Notes under the pieces: model-generated
What the model was told of the DNA's origin: nothing
Database searches by the model: none
What the model saw: only the letters and a program-made list of their open reading frames with translations
Position numbers and translations under genes: made by a program
Shown: positions 49,342 through 58,171 of the stretch, piece by piece
Layout: each line of letters begins with the position of its first letter
Numbering within the stretch: position 1 is the stretch's first letter
Assembly: GCA_963816135.1 (NCBI GenBank)
Contig: CAWFJD010000014.1
Span: forward strand, 16,687-80,686
From: an uncultured Chloroflexia bacterium
GTDB taxonomy: Bacteria > Chloroflexota > Limnocylindria > Limnocylindrales > CSP1-4
Reading direction: 5' to 3'
DNA length: 64,000 bases

Positions 49342-49375
49342 CGGCCCGCATGGGTCGCGTGAGGCGGCCGGCAAA

Positions 49376-49418
49376 CGCCAACCTCTTGAGGTTGGCGCCC
49401 AATCGCTCGCGATTGGTG
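49376..49418. promoter_or_regulatory. Two adjacent dyads CCAACC-N6-GGTTGG and CCAATC-N6-GATTGG with centres 21 bp apart
   Basis: cgCCAACCtcttgaGGTTGGcg (49376-97) and cCCAATCgctcgcGATTGGtg (49398-418). They lie between the SPFH stop (49341) and the RHH gene ATG (49450). They could act as terminator hairpins, operators, or both. Confidence 0.45.
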
Positions 49419-49449
49419 CCCGGCCGCCGCCACGTGCCAGGGAGCTGAG

Positions 49450-49650
49450 ATGGCCGACCGCGTTCCGTTCCTCGTCCGCCTCGACCCCGACGTCATGGCC
49501 GCGCTCCGTCGCTGGGCGAACGACGACCTTCGCTCGCTCAACTCGGAGATCGAGTTCCTGCTGCGCCGCAGCCTGATCGAGGCTCGACGGCTTCCTCCCT
49601 CCGACGCGCCCCGGCCTCGCTGCCGACGAGACCTCATCGGAGACCCGAGT
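49450..49650 (+). CDS. Arc/MetJ-type ribbon-helix-helix DNA-binding protein (3' end undefined; reads through in frame into the NUDIX gene)
   Basis: GGGAG plus ATG at 49450 encodes MADRVPFLVRLDPDVMAALRRWANDDLRSLNSEIEFLLRRSLIEARR, a beta-strand followed by two helices typical of RHH proteins. There is no in-frame stop before 50202. Confidence 0.55.
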
Positions 49651-49695
49651 CCTAGCGCCTGGCATGCGCCCGGCGCGGGTCATTACGCTTGGCGC

Positions 49696-50202
49696 ATGAG
49701 ACCTCGCATCAGCGCCGGGATACTGATGTACCGCCTGGCGCCTGGCGGCCTCGAAGTCCTGCTCGTCCACCCCGGAGGGCCGTTCTTCGCCCGCAAGGAC
49801 CTGGGCTTCTGGTCCATTCCGAAAGGCGAAGTCGATCCGGACGAAGCCGACTTCGAACAGACCGCCCGCCGCGAGTTCGCGGAGGAAGTCGGCCATCCCG
49901 TCCCCGACGGCGACTTGATCCCGCTCGGGTCCGTGCTCCAGAAGGGCGGCAAGACGGTCCACGCCTGGGCGATCGAAGGCGATATCGACACGTCCACCAT
50001 GAGCAGCAACTTCATCGAGCTGCCGTGGCCGCCGTTCGGCAAGAAGCAGCAATGGCCGGAAGTGGATCGCTGGGTCTACTTCGATCGCGAAGAAGCCCGC
50101 CGCCACATCAAAGACGCCCAGATCCCATTGCTCGATCGGCTCGAGTCGGCGCTGGCGGAACGTCGGCCACAGGAAAGTCGCTCCGGGGACGCGCCCGAAT
50201 GA
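49696..50202 (+). CDS. NUDIX hydrolase
   Basis: ATG at 49696. The Nudix box is GEVDPDEADFEQTARREFAEEVG, followed by ..KTVHAWAIEGD... Confidence 0.85.
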   Translation: MRPRISAGILMYRLAPGGLEVLLVHPGGPFFARKDLGFWSIPKGEVDPDEADFEQTARREFAEEVGHPVPDGDLIPLGSVLQKGGKTVHAWAIEGDIDTSTMSSNFIELPWPPFGKKQQWPEVDRWVYFDREEARRHIKDAQIPLLDRLESALAERRPQESRSGDAPE

Positions 50203-51044
50203 CCGACGGCATCCGGCCGGACGCCGGCGGCTCCGGGAGCGCCGACTCCCAGGTCATCGGCATGACCGGTGTGACCGTCGTCCGCGGAGCTTCGCAGCTC
50301 CTCCAGGATGTCGACTGGCAGGTCCGAGCGGGCGAACGCTGGGTGCTCCTGGGTCCCAACGGCAGCGGCAAGACCACCCTGATCTCGATCGCGGCCACGT
50401 ACCTGTGGCCGTCGCGCGGCAGCGTTTCGATCCTGGACCAGGCCCTCGGCACGGTTGACGTGCGCGACTTGAGGCGCCGGATTGGCATCGTCAGCGCGTC
50501 CCTGGAGGCTCGAATCCCGCGCCAGATCACGGCGATGGGCGTCGTGCTCGCGGGCGCGACCGGCGCCATCGCGCCGTGGTGGGACCGGCCGGACGCGGCC
50601 GCCCGGGCCAAGGCCGCCGCGCTCCTCGCCACCGTCGGATGCTCGGCGGTCGAGAGTCGCCGCTTCGAGCTGCTCTCGTCCGGCGAGCGGCAGCGCGTCC
50701 AGATTGCCCGCGCGCTGATGCTCGATCCCGCGTTGCTCCTGCTCGACGAACCCGCGGCAGGGCTGGACCTCGGAGCCCGCGAGCGGCTGGCTGCGCTGCT
50801 CAGCGACCTCAACGACGACTCGAGGCTGGCGGCGACCGTTGTGGTCACCCACCACGTTGAGGAAATCGCCGAGGGCACGACCCATGCCCTGGTGCTCCGG
50901 GCCGGCCGAGTGGTCGCTGGCGGGCCGGTTTCGGAGACGATCACGGGCGACGTCCTCAGTCGCGCCTTCGACATTCCGCTCGAGGTCGCCCGATTCCGAG
51001 GCCGCTTCAGCGCCCAGATCAGAGCGCGAGCGGAGGTCGAATAG
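50199..51044 (+). CDS. ABC transporter ATP-binding protein with no adjacent permease (ModF/YlmA-like)
   Basis: ATG at 50199 overlaps the NUDIX stop (ATGA). Walker A is GPNGSGKTT, the signature is LSSGERQ, Walker B is LLLLDEP, and the H-loop is VVVTHH. Confidence 0.85.
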   Translation: MTDGIRPDAGGSGSADSQVIGMTGVTVVRGASQLLQDVDWQVRAGERWVLLGPNGSGKTTLISIAATYLWPSRGSVSILDQALGTVDVRDLRRRIGIVSASLEARIPRQITAMGVVLAGATGAIAPWWDRPDAAARAKAAALLATVGCSAVESRRFELLSSGERQRVQIARALMLDPALLLLDEPAAGLDLGARERLAALLSDLNDDSRLAATVVVTHHVEEIAEGTTHALVLRAGRVVAGGPVSETITGDVLSRAFDIPLEVARFRGRFSAQIRARAEVE

Positions 51045-51201
51045 CCACGCTTCGGGCCGGCGTCGGAGCCGGTTCCGGGCCGTGTGTTGACCGCGTGTAA
51101 CACCGCGGCGCCGCGGCGGCTTTAGGGGTTTCCCCCTAGGCCGATACCCTACTCGAGCGGATGCATCGGAAGGACCCGTCGCCGCTCGCAGGGAGCGGCG
51201 C

Positions 51202-52365
51202 ATGCGCATCGACCAGTCAAGCGTTCTGTTGGCCTCGCAGCGCGTGGCCTCGACCACCGATTCGACACGGGGAACGCTGCAGGCCTGGGTTGGCGACCGA
51301 CCCGCCTCGGCGGCCGCGGCCAGGACCCTCTCCTCCTCCGGTCGAAATGACGCGGCCATCGTGCGCATCTCGGCACAGGCCCTCGCCGCGGTCCAGGCCT
51401 CGGCCCAGGCCGCCCAGCGCGTGACGCTCGGGCGATCGGCCCTGATGGGCTCCAGCTGGCTCTCGTCCGCCAACTCGACCACGCCCTCCGCGCCAGGAGT
51501 GGACCCGACCGATCCCACCACTTCGGACCCGAATCTGCTGGTCCTGATCCAGCTCATCGAGCGTATGACGGGTCGAAAGATCCACCTCCTGCGCCCCGGC
51601 GACGTGACCGGAAAAGCCGGCCCGATGGCGGCCCCGGCGGGCCGGCAGGCGGCTCAGGACGCTGCCCCAGCCCAGAGCCAGGCGGCACCCGCCGCGCAGA
51701 CCGCCGGGTGGGGCGTGGCTCTCCACGTCGAACAGATCCACCGCGAGACGGAGACGACCGCCTACTCGGCCACGGGAACCATCCAGACAACGGACGGGAG
51801 GAGCGTCGCGTTCCAGTTCCAGATGTCCATGGCCCGCGACGAGACGCGGATCGCCACGCTCGACGTCCTGGCCGGCGACGCGGCGCGCAAGGTAGACCCG
51901 ATCGCGCTCAACCTCAGCGGCGGCGCCGCGTCGCTGAGCTCGAATCGCTCCGGATTCGACATCGACAGCGACGGCAACGCGGAGCAGGTCGCCCTGCCTT
52001 CGGCCGGGACGTACTTCCTCGCCCTCGACCGCGACGGCAACGGTTCCGTCGACTCGGGAAGCGAGCTGTTCGGACCGACCTCCGGCGACGGCTTTGCGGA
52101 CCTGCGGAAGCTCGACGAGGACGGCAACGGCTGGATCGACGAAGGCGATCGATCCTTCGCCGATCTCCGTCTCTGGTCCGGCGCCGCTACGCAATCTCTC
52201 GCCGACGCCGGAGTGGGCGCCCTCTACGTCGGCTCGAACGTCGCGACTCGGTTCGACATCAACGACGCGGCAGGCGAGAACCTCGGTCAGGTCGTCTCGT
52301 CGAGCGTCTATCTCGCCGAGGACGGCACTCCCGGCGCGATGCAGCAGGTCGACCTCACGGCCTGA
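51202..52365 (+). CDS. Hypothetical protein with three DxDxDG Ca-binding loops; no signal peptide seen
   Basis: Intact 387-aa ORF with GGGAG upstream of the start. The N-terminus is MRIDQSSVLLASQRV..LQAWVGDRP, then ..LLVLIQLIERMTGRKIHLL... The C-terminal module is VDPIALNLSGG..FDIDSDGNAEQV..FLALDRDGNGSVDSGSELFGP..GFADLRKLDEDGNGWIDEGDRSFADLRLW... Confidence 0.65.
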   Translation: MRIDQSSVLLASQRVASTTDSTRGTLQAWVGDRPASAAAARTLSSSGRNDAAIVRISAQALAAVQASAQAAQRVTLGRSALMGSSWLSSANSTTPSAPGVDPTDPTTSDPNLLVLIQLIERMTGRKIHLLRPGDVTGKAGPMAAPAGRQAAQDAAPAQSQAAPAAQTAGWGVALHVEQIHRETETTAYSATGTIQTTDGRSVAFQFQMSMARDETRIATLDVLAGDAARKVDPIALNLSGGAASLSSNRSGFDIDSDGNAEQVALPSAGTYFLALDRDGNGSVDSGSELFGPTSGDGFADLRKLDEDGNGWIDEGDRSFADLRLWSGAATQSLADAGVGALYVGSNVATRFDINDAAGENLGQVVSSSVYLAEDGTPGAMQQVDLTA

Positions 52366-52452
52366 CCGGCGACCAGACACTTCCCAGGCGGAGCGGCGGC
52401 ACACGCTCCGCCATGCCCTGGTGGCGACACCCTCAACTGGGCGAGGTCGCCC

Positions 52453-53052
52453 TCAGCCGGGCCGGAGCCAGGAGATGCTCGGCCAGGCCTCGTCCGTTTC
52501 GGCCGGAGCCGCCGGCAGATCCGCTGACGCGTCCATGGTCGCTGCCGCTCGGTGTTGAGGACCAGATGCCGGCCTTCCTCGCCGGCTGACGGCCCGGGCC
52601 CTCGCTCTCGACTCGGGGGTGACGGGTATGCCCACGTAGTCCGGCTCCACCGGTACGGCGACGGGCTCGCGAACGATGGGAACGGCCACGGGCTCGCGAC
52701 TCGGTGCCGTCCGCGCCTCTTCCGACCCATCCGCGTCGGCCGGCTGGCGGTCACGATGGGATGCTGTCGCGGCTGACCTGGACCGCCCGCGCAGGCCGCC
52801 ATCTGCCACAGCTTCCGGGCGCCATTCGCCTATTCGGTCATCGTCTCCGAGCCGCCGGCCAGCGGGGACCGGCATGTCCCTCAACGAGTCCAGCATGTGA
52901 ACCAATCGGAGAGTCGCTTCCAGCTCATCCGCGGCGAAATCGCCGGCCGCGAAGGCGGCCACGACTCGCCGCTCGCGATCTACTGGATCCAGCCAGAGCA
53001 ACTCCTCGAGTGCCCTCTGCCGACGCGCCGCGCTCTGTCGCTTCCGGAACAT
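52453..53052 (-). CDS. Hypothetical protein (start uncertain; may extend to about 53190)
   Basis: ORF 52453-53319 from MFRKRQSAARRQRALEELLWLDPVDRERRVVAAFAAGDFAADELEATLRLVHMLDSL.., with the internal repeat REPVAVP x2. I recognise no family. Its GC3 looks lower than that of its neighbours. Confidence 0.35.
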   Translation of the reverse strand: MFRKRQSAARRQRALEELLWLDPVDRERRVVAAFAAGDFAADELEATLRLVHMLDSLRDMPVPAGRRLGDDDRIGEWRPEAVADGGLRGRSRSAATASHRDRQPADADGSEEARTAPSREPVAVPIVREPVAVPVEPDYVGIPVTPESRARARAVSRRGRPASGPQHRAAATMDASADLPAAPAETDEAWPSISWLRPG

Positions 53053-53278
53053 CCGGCTCTCCTGCCCCGGCCGCCAGCGGCCACGCCCGGCCTCCGACGG
53101 CGGCGAGACCTGCTTTTCGTCTGCCCAGAACTCGCCCCGAGTAGGACCATAGTCCTGGTACTTAAGGCTGCCACACCTTCGCCACGGGAGCAAGCCGAAT
53201 CCGGCTACCGCAACGGGTAGGTAGCGCTCCCGGCGGCGCCGGGCGCCACGCCGGCGGACCCGACCGAGCCCGGCCGCT

Positions 53279-54298
53279 TCAGCCGTAATGACTGGCAATC
53301 CCTCTCGCGCTCGCGGCAAGCCGCTCCCGGAAGTCCGGCGGCGAAACGACCTCCACGTCCGGCCCGAAGGCGAGCAACTGCGACTCTGAGTAGCCGGCGT
53401 CGCCGAGCGGGATCGTGATGGTCAACCAGCCCTCATCGTCGCGGGCCCCCGCGGCAACGGCGTCACGCGTCCGAGGCCCGCCGATCAAGTCGGCCACGCG
53501 CCAGAGGCTCGGCTCACGGACCCGGATCACCGCCTCGAACGAGGGCAGGCTTCGCTCATAAGCGCTCACGGAGCGCTCCCAGTGTTCCGCGAGATCGAAG
53601 TCGTCGGGCCTCTGGAACCGGTCCGGGACCGTCTCGAGGCTCACCATGCGCGAGATCCGGTAGGTCCGCAAGTCGTCGACCCTTCCGCCGATCTCGCCGC
53701 GATCGGAGCGCGAGGCGACTTCATCCTCGCCCGTCCGGGCAACCAGATACCAGACCCCCGCCTTGAGGACGACGCCGAGAGGATCGATCAGCCGCTCGAC
53801 GAGCTTGTCGTCACCGCCCCGCCGGTATTGCATCCGGAGCCGGCGATCCGACCAGACGGCATCCGCGATCTGCTGGAGATGCGGCGTAGCCTCCGGCTCC
53901 GTGAACCAGCCTGGGGCGTCGAGGTGGAACCGCTGCCGGATCCGCGAGGCGCGGCTGCGAAGCTCCGGGGGAAGGGCGGCGAGGACCTTGAGCTGGGCGG
54001 CCGCCAGCACCGTGCCGAGCCCCAGCTCGGCCGCGGGGCCCGGATATCCGGACAGGAAGAGGGCCTCCGCTTCTTGCGGAGTTAGGCCCGTGAGTCTCGT
54101 TCTGTAGCCCTCCACGAGCTGGAAGCCGCCGTGAGCGCCGCGGTCCGCGTAGACCGGAATCCCGGATGCGCTGAGCTCTTCGACGTCGCGATAGACAGTG
54201 CGGACCGAGACTTCGAGCTCGTCGGCGAGCTGCTGGGCGGTCATCCGGCCGCGCGACTGCAGCAGCAGCAGAACGGAGATCAGGCGGCTGGCTCTCAT
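53279..54298 (-). CDS. WYL-domain transcriptional regulator (HTH-WYL-WCX, YafY/PafBC-like)
   Basis: This is the last 339 codons of the 998-aa ORF 53279-56275, from ATG 54298. Motifs: MRASRLISVLLLLQSRGRMTAQQLADELEVSVRTVYRDVEELSASGIPVYADRGAHGGFQL and ..LGVVLKAGVWYLVA.. (the WYL motif). Confidence 0.85.
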   Translation of the reverse strand: MRASRLISVLLLLQSRGRMTAQQLADELEVSVRTVYRDVEELSASGIPVYADRGAHGGFQLVEGYRTRLTGLTPQEAEALFLSGYPGPAAELGLGTVLAAAQLKVLAALPPELRSRASRIRQRFHLDAPGWFTEPEATPHLQQIADAVWSDRRLRMQYRRGGDDKLVERLIDPLGVVLKAGVWYLVARTGEDEVASRSDRGEIGGRVDDLRTYRISRMVSLETVPDRFQRPDDFDLAEHWERSVSAYERSLPSFEAVIRVREPSLWRVADLIGGPRTRDAVAAGARDDEGWLTITIPLGDAGYSESQLLAFGPDVEVVSPPDFRERLAASARGIASHYG

Positions 54299-54330
54299 TC
54301 GGTCAGCGTAATCGATTTCACCATTGAATT

Positions 54331-54349
54331 CCTGACAGATGGGGTCAGG
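54331..54349. promoter_or_regulatory. Inverted repeat CCTGAC-N7-GTCAGG in the divergent promoter region
   Basis: Read directly in the AT-richer 141-bp gap between the WYL gene (54298) and the small ORF (54440). Confidence 0.3.
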
Positions 54350-54439
54350 TATGGACGGTAGGCTGTGCTCAGTCAAGACAAATTGGTGGCAAGAAAGCCC
54401 GGAGCGGTCTCCGTGAGTCGGAGGCCCTGGGAGGTGGAT

Positions 54440-54670
54440 ATGCGTCCCTTCGGTTTCGACGATCGTCAGAGCCTGCAGATCGCGAAGGAACACGCCGCGG
54501 AGCTGCGGCGGGACTGGCGGTCGGCAAACGCGCCGCGTGACATCGCCAGACGACCCGTGCGCCGTCCCGACGAGACGGGCCTGCTCCTCCAGGCTCGGGC
54601 GAGCGCCGGCAGGCGATTGATCGGCCTTGGAACGAGGCTGATGTCGGAGCGATCCGAGCCGTGCGCCTGA
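54440..54670 (+). CDS. Small hypothetical protein (76 aa)
   Basis: GGGAGG plus ATG at 54440 encodes MRPFGFDDRQSLQIAKEHAAELRRDWRSANAPRD..RRLIGLGTRLMSERSEPCA. It is divergent from the WYL regulator and lies directly upstream of the DUF72 gene. Confidence 0.4.
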   Translation: MRPFGFDDRQSLQIAKEHAAELRRDWRSANAPRDIARRPVRRPDETGLLLQARASAGRRLIGLGTRLMSERSEPCA

Positions 54671-54709
54671 GGCGAGCCGCCACGAAGAAAGCTGGCGCGA
54701 GGCGCGCCA

Positions 54710-55753
54710 ATGCTGCACTCTGACCTGGTGGAGCGAACTGGCGTCGCGAGCGCAAACCTGCACGACCCGGGCGCGGACGAGGCCCGGGCTCGGGCGGCGG
54801 CCGTCGAGTCGGCCGCGAGCTCTCCCATCGTGACCCCGTCGGGTTCGACGATCCGAATCGGCACGGCGTCCTGGACCGACCCGACGATGACCGCCCCGGG
54901 TGTGTTCTATCCCAGGGGCGCCGATTCGGCCGAGGAGCGCCTGGCTTTCTACGCCGGCACGTTCCCGGTCGTGGAAGTTGACGCCACGTATTACGCCCTG
55001 CCGTCGGCCCGAGTGGCTCAGGCGTGGGTGGATCGGACCCCGCCGGACTTCGTCTTCGATGCCAAGGCCCACGCCCTGATGACCGGCCAGCCAACCGAGG
55101 TGAAGCGTCTGCCCAAGGACATCCGGACGGCGCTGCCGGCCGAGCTCGCGGCGAAGCCACGCCTCTACGCCCGCGATCTGCCGGCGGAGCTTCGTGACGA
55201 AGTCTGGCGGATGTTCCTGGAGGGCCTCGAGCCTCTTCGCCAGAGCGGCCAGCTCGGTTCCATCCTGCTCCAGTTCCCTCGCTGGTTCTTTCCGACGAGC
55301 GATAACCGCGAGGTGATCCTGGAGGCGCGCAACCGGCTCGGCGACATCAAGTCCGCCGTGGAGCTGCGCAGCGAGACCTGGTTCAACGAGAAGAATCTGG
55401 ATCGGACGATGCGGTTCCTTCGCGAGTACAAGATCCCCTTCGTCATGGTGGACGGGCCGCAGGGCCTTCGCAGCAGCGTGCCCCCAATCGCGGCAGTCAC
55501 TTCGCCGGACCTGGCAATCGTGCGGTTCCACGGTCGGCGCGTCGAGACCTGGGAAGCGAAGGGCATTCCAGTGGTGGAGCGCTTCCGCTACCTCTACACG
55601 GACGAGGAGCTGGCGGAGTGGTTGCCACGGATCCGCGAAGCGGCCGAAGACGCTCGCGAGATGCACATCCTGATGAACAACTGCTACGCCAACTACGGCT
55701 CCACCAACGCCCGCGAACTCGCGGCGATGCTCGAGGCGGAGCTCCAGAGTTGA
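54710..55753 (+). CDS. DUF72 (UPF0759, YecE-like) family protein
   Basis: Intact ORF with IRIGTASWTD, FYAGTFPVVEVDATYYALP, PDFVFDAKAH, ILLQFPRWF, VELRSETWF and MNNCYANY. An alternative start is GTG 54830. Confidence 0.85.
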   Translation: MLHSDLVERTGVASANLHDPGADEARARAAAVESAASSPIVTPSGSTIRIGTASWTDPTMTAPGVFYPRGADSAEERLAFYAGTFPVVEVDATYYALPSARVAQAWVDRTPPDFVFDAKAHALMTGQPTEVKRLPKDIRTALPAELAAKPRLYARDLPAELRDEVWRMFLEGLEPLRQSGQLGSILLQFPRWFFPTSDNREVILEARNRLGDIKSAVELRSETWFNEKNLDRTMRFLREYKIPFVMVDGPQGLRSSVPPIAAVTSPDLAIVRFHGRRVETWEAKGIPVVERFRYLYTDEELAEWLPRIREAAEDAREMHILMNNCYANYGSTNARELAAMLEAELQS

Positions 55754-55781
55754 GTGGGGTCGCGGCCTGAGCCCAGACACA

Positions 55782-55818
55782 GCAAACGGCCCGGGGAGGG
55801 GGGACCCGAGCCGTTTGC
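55782..55818 (+). terminator. Hairpin downstream of the DUF72 gene
   Basis: GCAAACGGCCCGGG-gaggggg-gACCCGAGCCGTTTGC. There is no U-tract, so it is only terminator-like. Confidence 0.4.
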
Positions 55819-56075
55819 GAAGGAGCGCGCCGTCACTCGCGCCCTGTGGAATTGGGGGCAATATAGGACCCAAAAGCTGAGGGTTTGCTGAATCCAGACG
55901 GCCGTTCCGTCGTGTGGACCCGGCTCCCGGGAGGCCTTCCCCAGGCTCGACGCGCCGGACAAAACCCGCGCGAGTCCGGGTGGCGGTACGCGGGACGAGC
56001 GTCTGGCTGGGCCTTACCGCGCCGCTCGGGGAGTAGCATGCCTGCCTGATAGGCCAGCGTCCCCGCAGGAGCCTG

Positions 56076-58151
56076 ATGAGCTCATTCGCCGATCCAGAGC
56101 GGCATTCGACCCGCCACGAGTCCGGCCGCGCTTCTCTACCGAAGGCCTCCTCCAAGGTCAGGCGTGCCGCGTCCGCGGAGCGGGAGAAGAGCCCAACCTC
56201 TACTGGCGATCCGGCGACTCCGAACGGGCCCGCATCGACGCTTCCGCAGCCGGGCGACGACCATCTGCGGGCCATCCTGATGAGCCACCCGTCGGCCGTC
56301 GTCCTCGTCGACGCTTCCGGCCGGATCGTCTACCTCAACGAGCGGACCGTCGATTTGACCGGCTACCAGCCCGAAGAGCTGATCGGCCAGCCCGTGGAAC
56401 TGCTTGTCCCCGTCGCCGACCGGGCCGTCCATGTCCGAGATCGCGCCACCTACACCGCCGCCCCGTCTGCGCGCCTCATGGGCGCAGGCCGGGATCTCAC
56501 GATCCGGCGTAAGGATGGCGTCGCCGTTCCGGTTGAGATCGGCCTGTCGTCGTTCGAGTCCGGCGGCGAGACCTTCGTGGTCGCCGTCGTGTCGGACATA
56601 ACCGCCCGCAAGAAGAGCGAGCAGGTCCTCGAGAACACGATGACCAACCTGCAGGAGCTCGTCGCGGCGTCCCCCATCGCGACCATGATGCTCGACCTCG
56701 ACGGCCGCGTCGTCCTGTGGAGCCCGGCTGCGGAAAACCTGTTCGCGTGGCGAGCGAACGAAGTGCTCGGCCGCGTGCTGCCGCACGTGCCGGGATCCGA
56801 GCTGCCAGAGGTACGCGAGATCCTGCGGCGGGTCAGCCGCGGCGAGGTCATCGCCGGAATGGAAATTCGCCGCCAGAACAAGGAGGGCCGCCCGATCCAG
56901 GCGGAGTTGTACGCGGCGCCGCAACGTGATGCCTCCGGCAGGATCATCGGGGTGATCGAGCAGATGGCCGACATCACGAACCGGCGCCAGATCGAAGAAG
57001 CTCTCCTCCAGAACCAGAAGATGGAGAGCATCGGGCGGCTGGCGGGCGGCGTGGCCCACGACTTCAACAACATGCTGACCGCGATTTCCGGTTTCGCCCA
57101 ACTCCTGATCCAGGACCTGCCGCCGGGGAGCCAGGAAAGCCAGAACGCCGACGCGATCAAGCGGGCTGCCTCTCAGGCGGCCTCGCTCACGCAGCAACTG
57201 CTCGCGTTCTCACGGCGCCAGATTCTCCAACCGCGGGTCCTCGATCCCGACGAGACGGTGAGCGGAATGGAGCCCATGCTGCGCCGGCTCATCGGCGAGA
57301 ACATCGATCTCCGAACCGCGCTCCACGCCGCTCCGGGGCGCATGAAGGCCGATCCAGCGCAACTCGAACAGATCGTCCTCAACCTCACCGTGAACGCCCG
57401 AGACGCGATGCCGGACGGTGGCCGCATAACGATCGAGACCGGTCGAGCGGTATTCGACACCGCGTATACGGCCGAGCATTTCTCGGTCAACCCGGGCGAC
57501 TACGTCATGGTCGCGGTCAGCGACACCGGCATGGGCATGGACCGCGCCACGAGAGCCCACGTCTTCGAGCCCTTCTTCACGACGAAGGAGCGTGGCAAAG
57601 GGACCGGGCTCGGCCTGGCCACGATCTACGGCATCGTCCGGCAAAGCGGCGGCCATATCTGGCTCTATTCGGAGCCGGGCCAGGGAACGACCTTCAAGAT
57701 CTACTTCCCTCTCGTTCGAGACGAGCTGTCCGAACCCGAGACGGCCCCGCTCGAAGCCGCAGGCGGGACGGAGACGATCCTCCTCGTCGAGGACGAAGGC
57801 GGCGTTCGCGAGCTCGCCAGGGCCATCCTCGTCCGCAAGGGTTACACGGTCCTCGCCGCGGCCGACCCGCGCGAGGCACTTGGGATTGTCGATTCGTACG
57901 AGGGCACCATCGACGTTCTCGTTTCGGACGTCGTAATGCCTGTCCTGAGCGGCCCGGAACTGGCCCGGCGGGTCCTGCTCGCCAGGCCCGGGATCAAGAC
58001 CCTGTTCCTGTCGGGGTACACGGAGGAGCTGATCAACTCGGAGGGCCGGCTGAACGGCATGGACGCCTTCCTGTCCAAGCCGTTCACGGCGGAGGACCTG
58101 GCCCGAAAAGTCAGCGAGATAACCAGCACTGCCCAGGTGGGCAATCGCTGA
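56076..58151 (+). CDS. Hybrid sensor histidine kinase/response regulator (2 PAS, HisKA, HATPase_c, REC)
   Basis: Intact 691-aa ORF. The H-box is GGVAHDFNNML. Also present are NLTVNARDAM, DTGMGM and GTGLGLATIYG. The receiver domain is ILLVEDEGGVRE..DVLVSDVVMP..LSKPF. Confidence 0.9.
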   Translation: MSSFADPERHSTRHESGRASLPKASSKVRRAASAEREKSPTSTGDPATPNGPASTLPQPGDDHLRAILMSHPSAVVLVDASGRIVYLNERTVDLTGYQPEELIGQPVELLVPVADRAVHVRDRATYTAAPSARLMGAGRDLTIRRKDGVAVPVEIGLSSFESGGETFVVAVVSDITARKKSEQVLENTMTNLQELVAASPIATMMLDLDGRVVLWSPAAENLFAWRANEVLGRVLPHVPGSELPEVREILRRVSRGEVIAGMEIRRQNKEGRPIQAELYAAPQRDASGRIIGVIEQMADITNRRQIEEALLQNQKMESIGRLAGGVAHDFNNMLTAISGFAQLLIQDLPPGSQESQNADAIKRAASQAASLTQQLLAFSRRQILQPRVLDPDETVSGMEPMLRRLIGENIDLRTALHAAPGRMKADPAQLEQIVLNLTVNARDAMPDGGRITIETGRAVFDTAYTAEHFSVNPGDYVMVAVSDTGMGMDRATRAHVFEPFFTTKERGKGTGLGLATIYGIVRQSGGHIWLYSEPGQGTTFKIYFPLVRDELSEPETAPLEAAGGTETILLVEDEGGVRELARAILVRKGYTVLAAADPREALGIVDSYEGTIDVLVSDVVMPVLSGPELARRVLLARPGIKTLFLSGYTEELINSEGRLNGMDAFLSKPFTAEDLARKVSEITSTAQVGNR

Positions 58152-58171
58152 GAGGACAATCGGAGCGATGA

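Noticed and set aside
53279-56275. A 998-aa minus-strand ORF that looks like one giant protein
   Set aside because: Only the last 339 codons, from ATG 54298, form a coherent HTH-WYL protein. The upstream 650 codons are Arg/Gly/Pro-rich and lie antisense to the well-supported DUF72 gene and small ORF. This is a typical high-GC shadow ORF.
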